A stretch of 64,000 nucleotides of DNA, from NCBI GenBank assembly GCA_001804415.1, contig MHGA01000031.1, forward strand, positions 10,788-74,787, given 5' to 3'. Under the pieces are notes generated by a model. That model was not told the DNA's origin and searched no databases. It saw nothing but the letters and a program-made list of their open reading frames with translations. The DNA comes from Candidatus Aquivivens invisus. GTDB taxonomy: Bacteria; Omnitrophota; Gorgyraeia; Aquiviventales; Aquiviventaceae. Within the stretch, counting starts at the first letter, position 1. Each line of letters starts with the position of its first letter. The position numbers were made by a program, and so were the translations under genes. Of this stretch, positions 29,928-39,885 are shown piece after piece.

Positions 29928-31168
29928 TCCGTTTCAAGACGCGCGGGCTTCTGGCGAAATTCCTTGGTCATCGCTTCCTCGATGGGGAGGCCGCCGACCA
30001 GCGCTTTCAGGAGGCGTCGAATGCGCCAAAACCCATATCGTTCCACCAGGTATCGGACAATGCTGTGGGACTGCTCGTAGGCCAGCGCGACCTCCTCGGC
30101 CGGCAGCGACATGGAAAAGCCGGTTGAAAGACGTGACCACGGCATGAGTTGCTCCTTTACTGCCGCCTGCTTGAGCGTCCGCCATGGGGGGGCCTGCCCT
30201 TTCCAGGCTTCATATTCCGCGAGTCCCTCATTGAACCAGATAGGCAGTGCTCCTTTGGTCAGGTCGTGGACCACGGCATGGGTGTATTCATGGATCAACG
30301 TCCGCCTCACGCCCGCTTGATCCAATCCTTGCCCAGGCAGCGGCACCCGGACCTTTCCGTCGTACTGGCCGGCGAGCCAGTCGGGTGTCCCAGCCCGCAG
30401 CGAGCGGAATTGCTCGGTCTGATAGAGCAGCACAATGAGTTTGTGCTTGGGCCAGAACTGGAAATCGGCCCCGACGGTGCGCCGGGCCTCCAGCAAGTCA
30501 TCCCGGATATCAAAGCCTTCTGATCGCGCCAGGTCTTCGGTGTACCGAATATCGAAATACGCTTGGGAGAGCCGTTCGAAATTGGATTCAACGGGAAGCT
30601 CCTGGTCGAGCTGCTCCAGCCGTGTCGTGACATCAGCACGGGCGGGGTCAAGGGCGATGGCCTGTTGCCATGCGTGGCGCGCTTCTTTCAATCGTTGGCT
30701 GTGGTACTCCACTTCCCCCAGGAGGACATAGGCGGAGATTTCCTGGGAATTGAGTTTCAAGGCTTTGGTAATCGCTTCGCGCGCCTCAGTCATCCGATGC
30801 TGCTGATAGGCAACCTGAGCCCGCTGAAGATAGATGCCTGCCAGGTTCTCTTGAAACTTGGCATCGGCTGGCTCGAGTCGAATCGCCTCCTGCAGGTGCT
30901 GCTCAGCCGGGCTGAATTCGCCGCCCTCCGCAAGGCGAATGGCGTAGTTATTGTGAGCGATTGCGAGTTGTTTCCGTCTGTTCTCATCGAAGGGGGTCGA
31001 GCCCGCTTCCTGTCCCAGTCGTTCGATGACCGCGGCCCAGTCAACCGTTTCCTCAGCGTCCAGGATCGAGAATCCACCGACAAGGGCCAACACGACGGCC
31101 CAAATCGTGATGCCGTACGTTGAGGCGTGGAGCTTGGAGTTTGACGGGGCCATTTCAGGCATGCGCAT
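29882..31168 (-). CDS. TPR-repeat protein with C-terminal HExxH (peptidase MA-like) domain, N-terminal membrane anchor
   Basis: TPR-like repeats (AIRLEPADAKFQENLAGIY...AL.LN...) followed by RTLIHEYTHAVVHDL (HExxH). Start taken at MRMPEM. Confidence 0.6.
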   Translation of the reverse strand: MRMPEMAPSNSKLHASTYGITIWAVVLALVGGFSILDAEETVDWAAVIERLGQEAGSTPFDENRRKQLAIAHNNYAIRLAEGGEFSPAEQHLQEAIRLEPADAKFQENLAGIYLQRAQVAYQQHRMTEAREAITKALKLNSQEISAYVLLGEVEYHSQRLKEARHAWQQAIALDPARADVTTRLEQLDQELPVESNFERLSQAYFDIRYTEDLARSEGFDIRDDLLEARRTVGADFQFWPKHKLIVLLYQTEQFRSLRAGTPDWLAGQYDGKVRVPLPGQGLDQAGVRRTLIHEYTHAVVHDLTKGALPIWFNEGLAEYEAWKGQAPPWRTLKQAAVKEQLMPWSRLSTGFSMSLPAEEVALAYEQSHSIVRYLVERYGFWRIRRLLKALVGGLPIEEAMTKEFRQKPARLETEWRTWLTNLLAQSSP

Positions 31169-31997
31169 GAACCCACTGAGCCAGTGCCGCGATGACCTGA
31201 GGCTGAACCGGCTCGAAATGGAGCTCGTGGTAACACCCTTCAAATGCCAGCAGGCGTTTCTCACATGTGAGGCGTTCGAAGACATCCCGGCAGGCAGCCA
31301 ACGAGATGACGCGATCCTCAGCGCCATACAGCATGAGCGTCGGGAGGCGCACGCGATCGGCTCCTTCATGGGCTTCCCGCATGGCCGTTTGCAGCGCGGC
31401 ATAGCCACGAAGCGTGATCCGGTCGTGAACCAAGGGATCGGTCCGGTATCGCTGAGCGACGAGTGGATCATGACTCAACCATGAGGGATCCAACCCGATG
31501 GGTACGCTCAGGCGTGGCACGGCGCGTGTCAGCCACCCGGCCAGGGCGGATTTCCATCTCGGGACCGGATATCCGACAGCCAGGAGCGGCGACTGGATGA
31601 TCAACGCGCGATGGGCCGGCGAGCCGACGATCGCCCACAACAACGCGAGCAGTCCGCCGGCGCTATGCCCGAAGAGCGCATACCGGTCGTGATGGGTCAT
31701 GGGGAGGATGACCTCCCTGACCAACGCGTCCAGATCCTCCAGGTATTCCGAGCATCGCTGCACATCGCCTCGTTGACCCGTTGAGCGGCCATGGCCTCTA
31801 AGATCAGGGCACGCGACACTGAGCGACTGCTGGGCGAGGGCCCGCGCGACGCCCTCATATCGCCCGCTGTGTTCTCCAAACCCATGGATCAGGAGCACCA
31901 AGCCGCGGGACGGTGAGGGCTGATAGAGGCGGTACCACAAGGATCGATTGGCGGTGGGGTGGTTCCAAGGAGCCTCGCGGACCAGCATTACCCGCAA
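31155..31997 (-). CDS. Alpha/beta-hydrolase, lysophospholipase/monoacylglycerol-lipase-like
   Basis: LVLLIHGFGEHSGRY and nucleophile elbow FGHSAGG. Confidence 0.8.
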   Translation of the reverse strand: MRVMLVREAPWNHPTANRSLWYRLYQPSPSRGLVLLIHGFGEHSGRYEGVARALAQQSLSVACPDLRGHGRSTGQRGDVQRCSEYLEDLDALVREVILPMTHHDRYALFGHSAGGLLALLWAIVGSPAHRALIIQSPLLAVGYPVPRWKSALAGWLTRAVPRLSVPIGLDPSWLSHDPLVAQRYRTDPLVHDRITLRGYAALQTAMREAHEGADRVRLPTLMLYGAEDRVISLAACRDVFERLTCEKRLLAFEGCYHELHFEPVQPQVIAALAQWVHAHA

Positions 31998-33829
31998 GCG
32001 GGGGTCGGCGTGGCGGGAGATCTGGCGCTTTCCTCGTAGAGACGACGGATGAGGTCGTGATAGCGCAGGGCGATCGCAGCCCGCTTGGCCTTGAGGGTTG
32101 GCGTCAGCTCCCCTGCGGCCTGGGTGAATTCCTGATCCAGCAACGCAATGGCTTTGATCTGCTCAAAGCTCGGCAGATCCTGCTGCAGGGCTTGGACGCG
32201 CGCCCAGAGGAAATCACGGATCGTGGGGGATCGGACAAGTTCCTGAGGCGTCGATGGCATCCCGTGAGCCTTGGCGTATTCCCCCAGGCGCTCAAACCTT
32301 GGGACGATCAACGCGACGCAGTAGGGCTCCCGATCCCCGTAGAGAAAGGCCTGTGCGATGTACTCGTCGGTGATCAACAGGTTTTCAAGTTTCTGTGGCG
32401 CGACGAATTTCCCCCCGGCGGTTTTGATCAAGTCTTTCTTTCGATCCGTGATGGAAAGAAACCCCTCGGCATCAATGGCGCCGATATCACCGGTGTGGAA
32501 CCACCCCTCAACGATCGCCGCGCGGGTCGCCTCGGGTTTGCGATAATACCCCTGCATGACATGCGGGCCTTTCGTGACGATCTCGCCATCCTCCTCCAGC
32601 CGCAGCTCCGCACCATCGATGGGGAGTCCCACGGTGCCGAACTTGAGGGCCGTCAGACGATTCACGGCGATCACCGGTGAGGTTTCTGTCAGGCCATAGC
32701 CTTCAAGGATGGCGACGTGGATGCTGTAGAAGAATTCCCCGATGGTTTTGGCCAGCGGGGCGCTCCCGGAAACGAAGAACCGCAACCGGCCGCCAAGGCG
32801 GTGATGGAATTTTCGAAAGACAAGCTGCCTCGCTAGCCATTCCCTGCCCCACAGCGCCGGCGGAATCGGTCGGCGGGCCAGCCGGCACGCGCCCGTTTCC
32901 CGTCCGATCGACAAAGCCCACTCAATGATTCGCCGTTTTCTCGGCGGGGCCTGGCGAATCGCTTCATGGAGGCGCGCGTACAGCTTTTCGAAAAATCTCG
33001 GTACCCCCAACATGACGGTGGGGCGGGCCTCCAGCATGTTCTTCGGGATCGTCTCCATGTCCTCGGCATACGCCACGGAGGCTCCTGCCATCAGCATGAG
33101 ATACCACCCGGCCATGCGCTCGAACACGTGGCTAAGCGGCAGGAAAGACAGATGCCGATCTCTGGAGGTGATGGGGATGACCTTCATGCAGGCGAAGGCG
33201 TTGGACAGAAAATTTCGGTGAGAGAGCATGACGCCTTTTGGCTCCCCCGTTGTACCTGAGGTGTAGATCAAGGTCGCCGTCTCATCGGGGCGGATCTGTT
33301 GCACCCGCTGGCTCATGAGCCCGGCCAGCTTTGGCACTGCGCCTTCCCCTTCTTCGATAGCTTTGGCCCAGGATCGCTCGTGGGAGGCAAGAGACCCCTC
33401 GGCGGCCATGACGATCACCAGCCGGATCGATGCAACCTTTGGGCAAATCGCACTCAGCTTCTGGGCTTGCTGGCGTGTTGATGCGACGCACACGACGGGC
33501 TCGCAATCCCTGAGAATTTGGAGGATGTCGGCCTCGTTGAGACTTGGGTACAAGGGAACCGTCCACGCCCCGAGCTGCTGGATGGCCAAGTCGGCGATAC
33601 CCCACTCCGGGCGATTCTCGGAGAGGATCGCGACCCGGTCGCCCCGCTGCACACCCTGCTGCCACAAAAAGGCGCCCAGGGCCTTGACGCGCTTGGCGAT
33701 CAGATCCCACGTGAGGGGCAGGTAGCGTCCCTTGATGTTCTCCCACATCAGCGGCTTGCGTCCAAACCGCTTAGCCTGGCGGAAGAATAACTGAGGGATC
33801 GTCTCGCTCATCTGGGCCTCCGCGGTCAT
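31988..33829 (-). CDS. Long-chain-fatty-acid--CoA ligase (AMP-dependent synthetase)
   Basis: AMP-binding motif LIYTSGTTGEPKGVMLSH, plus a second motif with GEI...G..VM.GY. Confidence 0.9.
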   Translation of the reverse strand: MTAEAQMSETIPQLFFRQAKRFGRKPLMWENIKGRYLPLTWDLIAKRVKALGAFLWQQGVQRGDRVAILSENRPEWGIADLAIQQLGAWTVPLYPSLNEADILQILRDCEPVVCVASTRQQAQKLSAICPKVASIRLVIVMAAEGSLASHERSWAKAIEEGEGAVPKLAGLMSQRVQQIRPDETATLIYTSGTTGEPKGVMLSHRNFLSNAFACMKVIPITSRDRHLSFLPLSHVFERMAGWYLMLMAGASVAYAEDMETIPKNMLEARPTVMLGVPRFFEKLYARLHEAIRQAPPRKRRIIEWALSIGRETGACRLARRPIPPALWGREWLARQLVFRKFHHRLGGRLRFFVSGSAPLAKTIGEFFYSIHVAILEGYGLTETSPVIAVNRLTALKFGTVGLPIDGAELRLEEDGEIVTKGPHVMQGYYRKPEATRAAIVEGWFHTGDIGAIDAEGFLSITDRKKDLIKTAGGKFVAPQKLENLLITDEYIAQAFLYGDREPYCVALIVPRFERLGEYAKAHGMPSTPQELVRSPTIRDFLWARVQALQQDLPSFEQIKAIALLDQEFTQAAGELTPTLKAKRAAIALRYHDLIRRLYEESARSPATPTPACG

Positions 33830-35661
33830 CGCACGATCCCCTCTTCGAGCCAGAGATACTGGTCGTTCAGGACTGCCTGCGCGGTATGGTACAACCGGCG
33901 GTCATCAGGGTCATCCAGATGACGCAGTCTCTCATGGATTCTTCGACGCGCCAGACGGCAAAAGAGATCAGCGAGCCTGGCCGGGCGCGAATCATCAAGG
34001 GACTGTTGGCTGAGGCGTTGGGCTTTGGAACAGACAGCCACCATCGCGAAGAGGTCAGCCCCGATATCCACCAACCGTCCCAGGAGCTGCTGACGGTACG
34101 CGAGGCGGGTCTGGTGCTTGACGGCGTTATGGAACAAGGCCAGGGCCGTCTGATGACAGGCGCGCTCGACAAAGCGCAGATGGAAAGCCAACGGCCCGAG
34201 TTTCCCAAAACGGCGGGTGCCAAGCAGCGACAACCACTGAGCGGGCCACCACAAGGCGTAATAGCCTGTCGCCTTGGACAACGCTGGAAGCTTAGCTGCC
34301 ACCGATCCGCCCGGGCTCAAGATCGGACCCACGCGGCGCATATGACCATCGAGGGCCTCGCGGGCGATAAACAATCGCATGATCTCGCTGGTACCTTCAA
34401 TGATGAGGTTGATGCGGCTTTCGCGCACGATCCGCTCAACCGGATCAGGACGCTCTCCTCGGGCACGCAAGGAATCGGCGGTCTCATACCCCCGACCGCC
34501 ACGAATCTGCAGCGTCTCATCCGCGATCCGCCACGTCGCCTCAGAGCAAAACAGTTTCGCCATGGCCGCTTCCAGACGGATATCCGTGGCGCCCCGATCC
34601 GCCATCGCTGAAACCATCCACACCATCGCATCCATGGCGAAGATCGTGGCGGCCATCTCACCAAGCTTGGCCGCAATGGCCTCGTGCTGGCCGATGGCGC
34701 TGCCCCACTGCTTGCGTTCTTTCGCCCATTGTCGTGAAATCTGCAGGCATCGTTTGGCGGTCCCGACGCACGCCGCCGGCAACGTGAGCCGGCCGGTATT
34801 CAGGGTCATCAGGGCCAACTTCAACCCCTGCCCCAGACCCCATAGCAGGTTCGCCTTGGGGACGCGGACATCGGTGAACCGCAACACGCCGTTCTGGATC
34901 CCCTTCAGACCCATGAAGTCACAGCGATGAACCACCTCCACCCCCGGCATCGACCGTTCCACAATAAACGCGGTCACCTGCGTGCGTTCCTTGCCGCGCA
35001 CGATGACCGGTGCGGTTTTGGCCATCACGACGATGACCTCCGCAACCGGCCCGTTGGTGCACCACAGTTTCTGCCCGTTCAAGAGGTAGGCTTCTCCGCC
35101 GTCAACCGGGGTGGCGGTCGTTTCCATATGAGCCGGGTCAGATCCCGCACCAGACTCCGTCAGGGCAAACGCGGAAACCGTGCCGGTCGCCAGGCGAGGG
35201 AGATACCGTCGTTTCTGCTCCTCGGTGCCGAACAACTTGAGCGGTTGCGGGGCCCCGATGCTTTGATGGGCGCTCAGCCACACCGCGGTGGATCCGCAGT
35301 AACTCGCGATGAGGGAAATCACCCGATTGTAATTGACCTGCGAAAGCCCTAAGCCCCCGTAGGTCGTCGGGATCTTCATGCCGAAACATCCCAGACGGGC
35401 CAATCCCTCGATGACATGCGGGGGCATCTCTTTGGTGCGGTCGATCGCATCGGGATCGACATGGGCGCGCAAGAAGGCTTCCACCCGCCCTAGGTACTCC
35501 TCGCCGATCCGGCGATCCCCCTCCTCCTGCTCAGGATAGGGGAAGACGAGACGAGCATTGAGGTGGCCCATGAACAGCTCAGCGACAAAGCTGGGGGCGT
35601 GCCACTCAGTCTGCCGCGCGGCTTCGGCCACTTCCAACGATTCTTGGTGCGTCGCCATCAC
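33826..35661 (-). CDS. Acyl-CoA dehydrogenase (long form, FadE-like)
   Basis: ACAD N/M/C domains (G.GSD, ...LNG.K.W.TNG, catalytic region ...GG.GY); 611 aa. Confidence 0.85.
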   Translation of the reverse strand: MMATHQESLEVAEAARQTEWHAPSFVAELFMGHLNARLVFPYPEQEEGDRRIGEEYLGRVEAFLRAHVDPDAIDRTKEMPPHVIEGLARLGCFGMKIPTTYGGLGLSQVNYNRVISLIASYCGSTAVWLSAHQSIGAPQPLKLFGTEEQKRRYLPRLATGTVSAFALTESGAGSDPAHMETTATPVDGGEAYLLNGQKLWCTNGPVAEVIVVMAKTAPVIVRGKERTQVTAFIVERSMPGVEVVHRCDFMGLKGIQNGVLRFTDVRVPKANLLWGLGQGLKLALMTLNTGRLTLPAACVGTAKRCLQISRQWAKERKQWGSAIGQHEAIAAKLGEMAATIFAMDAMVWMVSAMADRGATDIRLEAAMAKLFCSEATWRIADETLQIRGGRGYETADSLRARGERPDPVERIVRESRINLIIEGTSEIMRLFIAREALDGHMRRVGPILSPGGSVAAKLPALSKATGYYALWWPAQWLSLLGTRRFGKLGPLAFHLRFVERACHQTALALFHNAVKHQTRLAYRQQLLGRLVDIGADLFAMVAVCSKAQRLSQQSLDDSRPARLADLFCRLARRRIHERLRHLDDPDDRRLYHTAQAVLNDQYLWLEEGIVR

Positions 35662-36665
35662 CGCGACACGAGGTTGACCGGCGTGCCCTGCAGGAAATTC
35701 GCGATATTCGAAACGGTGGTTTCAAGAATGCGCTGCAAGGCTTCTCGGCTGTCGAAGGCGATATGCGGGGTGATGACCACGTTCTCCCGATGGAGCAGGA
35801 TATGGTTCTTGAGCGCCGTCACCAATCGCTCCTTCGAAAACTCTTTCTCCAGCAGCTGCCGCTCTTCTTTCACCAGCTCTTCCCCCTCCAAGACGTCCAA
35901 GCCGGCCCCACCGAGCGCCCCTTCATCCAACGCCCAGACCAGCGCGTGGGTGTCAATGAGCCCGCCTCGGGCCGTATTGATCAGCAAGGCCCCCCGTTTC
36001 ATGAGGCGGAATGTCTGTCGGTTCATCAGGTGGTGCGTCATCGGGGCGTAGGGCAGATGCAGGCTGACGATGTCCGCGCGGCGCAAGAGCTCAGCCAGGC
36101 TGACATAGCGAAAATCCAGCACTTCGCTTAAGAAGGGGTCTTTCCGGGTGTCATACGCGAGGACGTCCATCCCGAACCCTTTGGCCATCTTGATGACGTG
36201 CATGCCGATCTTGCCGGCGCCCACGACCCCGAGGGTCTTGCCCTTCAGGTCGAACCCCTGCAGGCCCTCAAGCGAGAAATCGCCCTTGACGGTCCGGACG
36301 TAAGCTTTATGGACGTTGCGGGACAGCGAGAGGATCAGCGCGAAGGTGTGCTCGGCGACGGTGTTTTCGCCGTAAGCCGGCACATTGGCCACGCTGATCT
36401 TGCGGGCGCGACAGGCGGACAGATCGATATGGTCAAAGCCGGTTGAGCGGCTCGCGATGAGGCGGGTGCCGCGAAGACGGGCCAGGAGCGACCGTGTCAA
36501 CCGGGAGTAGATGAACACCGAGACGATCGGCGCGTGGCGAGCCGTTGGGAGCGAAGCGTCGGTCAAGGGCGTGGTGATAAAACGGGCGCTCAACCGCAAC
36601 GGGTTGAGCGCCCTCGCCAAGAAACGGCGTTCCCACGGGGCTGTTTCAAAAAACACTGCGCGCAT
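35658..36665 (-). CDS. D-isomer-specific 2-hydroxyacid dehydrogenase (NAD-binding)
   Basis: GKTLGVVGAGKIGMHV...DV (GxGxxG Rossmann) and catalytic H in ...TPHIAF. Confidence 0.85.
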   Translation of the reverse strand: MRAVFFETAPWERRFLARALNPLRLSARFITTPLTDASLPTARHAPIVSVFIYSRLTRSLLARLRGTRLIASRSTGFDHIDLSACRARKISVANVPAYGENTVAEHTFALILSLSRNVHKAYVRTVKGDFSLEGLQGFDLKGKTLGVVGAGKIGMHVIKMAKGFGMDVLAYDTRKDPFLSEVLDFRYVSLAELLRRADIVSLHLPYAPMTHHLMNRQTFRLMKRGALLINTARGGLIDTHALVWALDEGALGGAGLDVLEGEELVKEERQLLEKEFSKERLVTALKNHILLHRENVVITPHIAFDSREALQRILETTVSNIANFLQGTPVNLVSR

Positions 36666-36668
36666 CGG

Positions 36669-37445
36669 TCAACGATCTTGGAACTTCGGTTGACGCTTCT
36701 CGAGGAAGGCGCTGACCCCCTCCTTGGCGTCTTGGGTTTCCGCCACGCGCCCAAACGCTTCGGCTTCAGCCGCAAGACCCGCCTCGAGCGGCTGCCCCAG
36801 ACCTTGCTCCGTCACGCGCAACGCCGCCTGCACAGCGACTTGTCCTTTGGAGGCGATCTTGCGCGCCAGGTCCTTGGCCGCCTTCATCACCTGGTCCTGC
36901 GGTACGACCTGGTTCACCAATCCTAACCGGTGGGCCTCCTGGGCGGTGATCAGGTCTCCCGTGAGGATGAGCTCCAGCGCTTTGATCGTTCCGATGAGAC
37001 GAGGCAACCGCTGGGTGCCTCCAAAACCTGGGATAATTCCCAGGTTGATTTCCGGTTGGCCGAATCGGACGCGGTCACCGGTCAGGCGCAGGTGGCAGGC
37101 CATGGCCAATTCGTTTCCGCCGCCCAGGCACACGCCGTTGATGGCCGCGATCACCGGCTTGCCCAGCCGTTGAATCTTGGTCATGACCGCCTGCCCGCGG
37201 GCTGCCACCTCGGCGGCTTCCCGACCTGAAGAGAGCGAGGCGATTTCTTTGACGTCAGCCCCGGCGACAAACGCAAATGATCCACCTCCGGTGAGAATGA
37301 CCACCTTGACTGCAGCGTCGGTTTTCACGGCTTCGAGCGCTTGGTCAAGCTCGGCCATGACCTGACGGTTCAACGCATTGACCGGAGGACGGTCAATGGT
37401 GACGACGGCCACGCCTTCTTCGGCCGTCACTTTTAGGTATTGCAT
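36669..37445 (-). CDS. Enoyl-CoA hydratase (crotonase family)
   Basis: Crotonase-fold motifs [19 protein letters not shown] and [15 protein letters not shown]. Confidence 0.9.
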   Translation of the reverse strand: MQYLKVTAEEGVAVVTIDRPPVNALNRQVMAELDQALEAVKTDAAVKVVILTGGGSFAFVAGADVKEIASLSSGREAAEVAARGQAVMTKIQRLGKPVIAAINGVCLGGGNELAMACHLRLTGDRVRFGQPEINLGIIPGFGGTQRLPRLIGTIKALELILTGDLITAQEAHRLGLVNQVVPQDQVMKAAKDLARKIASKGQVAVQAALRVTEQGLGQPLEAGLAAEAEAFGRVAETQDAKEGVSAFLEKRQPKFQDR

Positions 37446-38666
37446 CTAATAGTCGAAGAAGCCCTTCTTGGCGCTCTTCCCTACGTGGCCCGCCGCAACC
37501 TTCCGCTTCAACAAGGGGGCCGGCCAAAATCGGCTCCCGAGCTGCTTGCGGAACTGTTCGAGCTCCTGCAAGACGATCTGAAGGCCGAGCTCATCCGCGT
37601 AATGCAGAATCCCGCCTTTGGATTGAGGGAATCCGAGGCCGGCGATAACCGCCAGGTCGACTTCGGCTGCCGTGCACACCCGTTCTTCCAGACATCGAAT
37701 CGCCTCATTGACCATCGGGAAGATCACGCGATTGACGGAAAATGCGCTCGGGCGTTTCGGCGTGGCGGTGGCAAGTGCTTTTACCACAGCCTCGAATTCC
37801 GGATCCGGTCGGCCCGCTCGGTCACCATACAAGTAAAATCCAGCCCCGGATTTTGCCCCGTACCTCCCCTTGGCATACAAGCCCTCCCACAGGGCGGCGG
37901 GTTGCATCCGATCGCCGTACGCATCCACGAGGATGTTGACCACCTCGCGGCAGACGTCAAACCCGAGTTGATCCACCAGCATAAATGGGCCCATCGGAAA
38001 TCCCAGCCCGACAATCGCTTCGTCAATCTGCTGAGGTGTCGCCAAGCCCTCCTGGACGCAGAAGGCGGCCTCGTTGAGGTATGGCATCAGGATACGGTTG
38101 ACCAGAAACCCCGGGCATTCATTGACGCGAACCGGCAATTTACGCAGGCTTTCGGCAAAGGCCGTCAGATCGCCGACGGTTTCCTCGGCCGTCTCCAGGC
38201 CCGGGATGATTTCAACCAGCTTCATGATGTGCGCCGGGTAGAAGAAGTGCATCCCGATGGTTTTGTGCGGCCGTTTGGTCGCGGCGCCGAGGGCCGAAAT
38301 GGACAAGGAGGAGGTGTTGGACGCCAGAATGGCGCTTTCCGAGGCCGCCGCATCGAGATCAGAGAAAATCTTTTGTTTAAGCGCCAGCTGTTCCGGCACC
38401 GCTTCGATCACCACATCCACGTCGCGGAACGGCTCATAGGTGGTCGTGGGAATGACCAGGGCCATCTTTTGATCCATTTCTTCCTGCGTCATCTTGCCCC
38501 GATCAACCCGACGTTGGTAAATCTTGCGGATCGTTTCAAGCCCTTGATCGAGGCGAGGTTGATCGACATCTTTCAGCACCACGGGCAGGCCACTGAAGGT
38601 GATCGTCTGCGCGATCTCCGCGCCCATCGCCCCCGCCCCGACGACCGCCGCTTTATAGATATACAT
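37446..38666 (-). CDS. 3-Hydroxyacyl-CoA dehydrogenase (two-domain, 406 aa)
   Basis: N-terminal [15 protein letters not shown] Rossmann, S..S motif, C-terminal 3HCDH dimerisation domains. Confidence 0.9.
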   Translation of the reverse strand: MYIYKAAVVGAGAMGAEIAQTITFSGLPVVLKDVDQPRLDQGLETIRKIYQRRVDRGKMTQEEMDQKMALVIPTTTYEPFRDVDVVIEAVPEQLALKQKIFSDLDAAASESAILASNTSSLSISALGAATKRPHKTIGMHFFYPAHIMKLVEIIPGLETAEETVGDLTAFAESLRKLPVRVNECPGFLVNRILMPYLNEAAFCVQEGLATPQQIDEAIVGLGFPMGPFMLVDQLGFDVCREVVNILVDAYGDRMQPAALWEGLYAKGRYGAKSGAGFYLYGDRAGRPDPEFEAVVKALATATPKRPSAFSVNRVIFPMVNEAIRCLEERVCTAAEVDLAVIAGLGFPQSKGGILHYADELGLQIVLQELEQFRKQLGSRFWPAPLLKRKVAAGHVGKSAKKGFFDY

Positions 38667-39859
38667 CAGGCGCGCTCAAACACCATGGCCACACCCTGCC
38701 CGCCTCCGACACAGAGCGTGGCAAGTCCGAGCGGCACGCCTCGTCGCTTCATCTCATGCAAGAGCGTGATGACAATCCGCGTCCCGCTCTGCCCGACCGG
38801 ATGGCCCAGGGCGATCGCCCCGCCGTTGACGTTCACAATCTCGCGGTTCAGATTCAGGGTTTTTTCGCACACCAGGTAGGTGGCGGCGAACGCCTCGTTG
38901 ATTTCAATCAACCCAATGTCCTTGAGCGACACGCGGGCCTTCTGTAACGCCTCCGGAATCGCCAGGGCCGGTCCCAACCCCATGCGGTGAGGTTCCAGGC
39001 CGACCACGGCGTATGCCCGGAGTGTCGCGAGAGCGGCAAGCCCAAGCTCCTTCGCTTTCTGGGCAGACATGACGAGGACGGCTGCGGCGCCGTCGGCGTT
39101 GAAACAACTATTGCCGGATGTGACGGTTCCGCCCTCTTTGAAAATCGGCGGGTATTGGCTGAGCATCTGCTCATTCAGCGCGGGATTGACGCCCTCATCT
39201 TGGACGAACGGTTCCGGCGGGAGGTCCTTCCCGTAGGCTTTTTTCGGGACCAACACCGTCGTCAGTTCGTCTTTGAACCGTCCTTCGCGAGTGGCGCGGA
39301 AAGCCCGCTGGTGAGATAACAGGGCAAAGCGGTCTTGGTCCTGGCGGGTAAGCCCGAATTCCTCGACGAGATTCTCAGCGGTGCGTCCCATGATCTGTCC
39401 GCATACCGGATCGGTCAACCCTTCCCAGATGGTGTCGATGAGTTCGGAGTGCCGCAACCGCTTCCCCCACCGCAGGTCCCGGTTCACATAGGGGGCCGCA
39501 CTCATGCACTCCGTGCCGCCGGCGATCTGCACATCCCGCTCGCCGCAGAGGATGTTCTGGTACGCGTTGATCACGGCTTGCAGACCGGAGGCGCAGTTGC
39601 GTTGCACCGTATAGGCCGGGACGCGGTTCGGCAGGCCTGCCAGCAAGGCGATGACGCGCGCGACGTTGGGAGCGTCCGACGTCTGCCCCACGCAGCCGAA
39701 CACCACCTCCTCAATCGTGTCGGGCCTCACGCGGGTTCGAGTGAGCAGCTCGCGGATGACGAGTTCGCCAAGCCGCTGCGCGGTGAACGATTTCAAGGCG
39801 CCGCCAAACACGCCTTGCGGCGTGCGTAGTCCCTCGACAATCACGACCTGAGTTGACAT
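38666..39859 (-). CDS. Acetyl-CoA C-acyltransferase (3-ketoacyl-CoA thiolase)
   Basis: Thiolase active-site regions NCASGLQAV (Cys), [16 protein letters not shown], and C-terminal CVGGGQG. Confidence 0.9.
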   Translation of the reverse strand: MSTQVVIVEGLRTPQGVFGGALKSFTAQRLGELVIRELLTRTRVRPDTIEEVVFGCVGQTSDAPNVARVIALLAGLPNRVPAYTVQRNCASGLQAVINAYQNILCGERDVQIAGGTECMSAAPYVNRDLRWGKRLRHSELIDTIWEGLTDPVCGQIMGRTAENLVEEFGLTRQDQDRFALLSHQRAFRATREGRFKDELTTVLVPKKAYGKDLPPEPFVQDEGVNPALNEQMLSQYPPIFKEGGTVTSGNSCFNADGAAAVLVMSAQKAKELGLAALATLRAYAVVGLEPHRMGLGPALAIPEALQKARVSLKDIGLIEINEAFAATYLVCEKTLNLNREIVNVNGGAIALGHPVGQSGTRIVITLLHEMKRRGVPLGLATLCVGGGQGVAMVFERA

Positions 39860-39885
39860 CGGACGTGTATCGTACCGGTCGGAAG

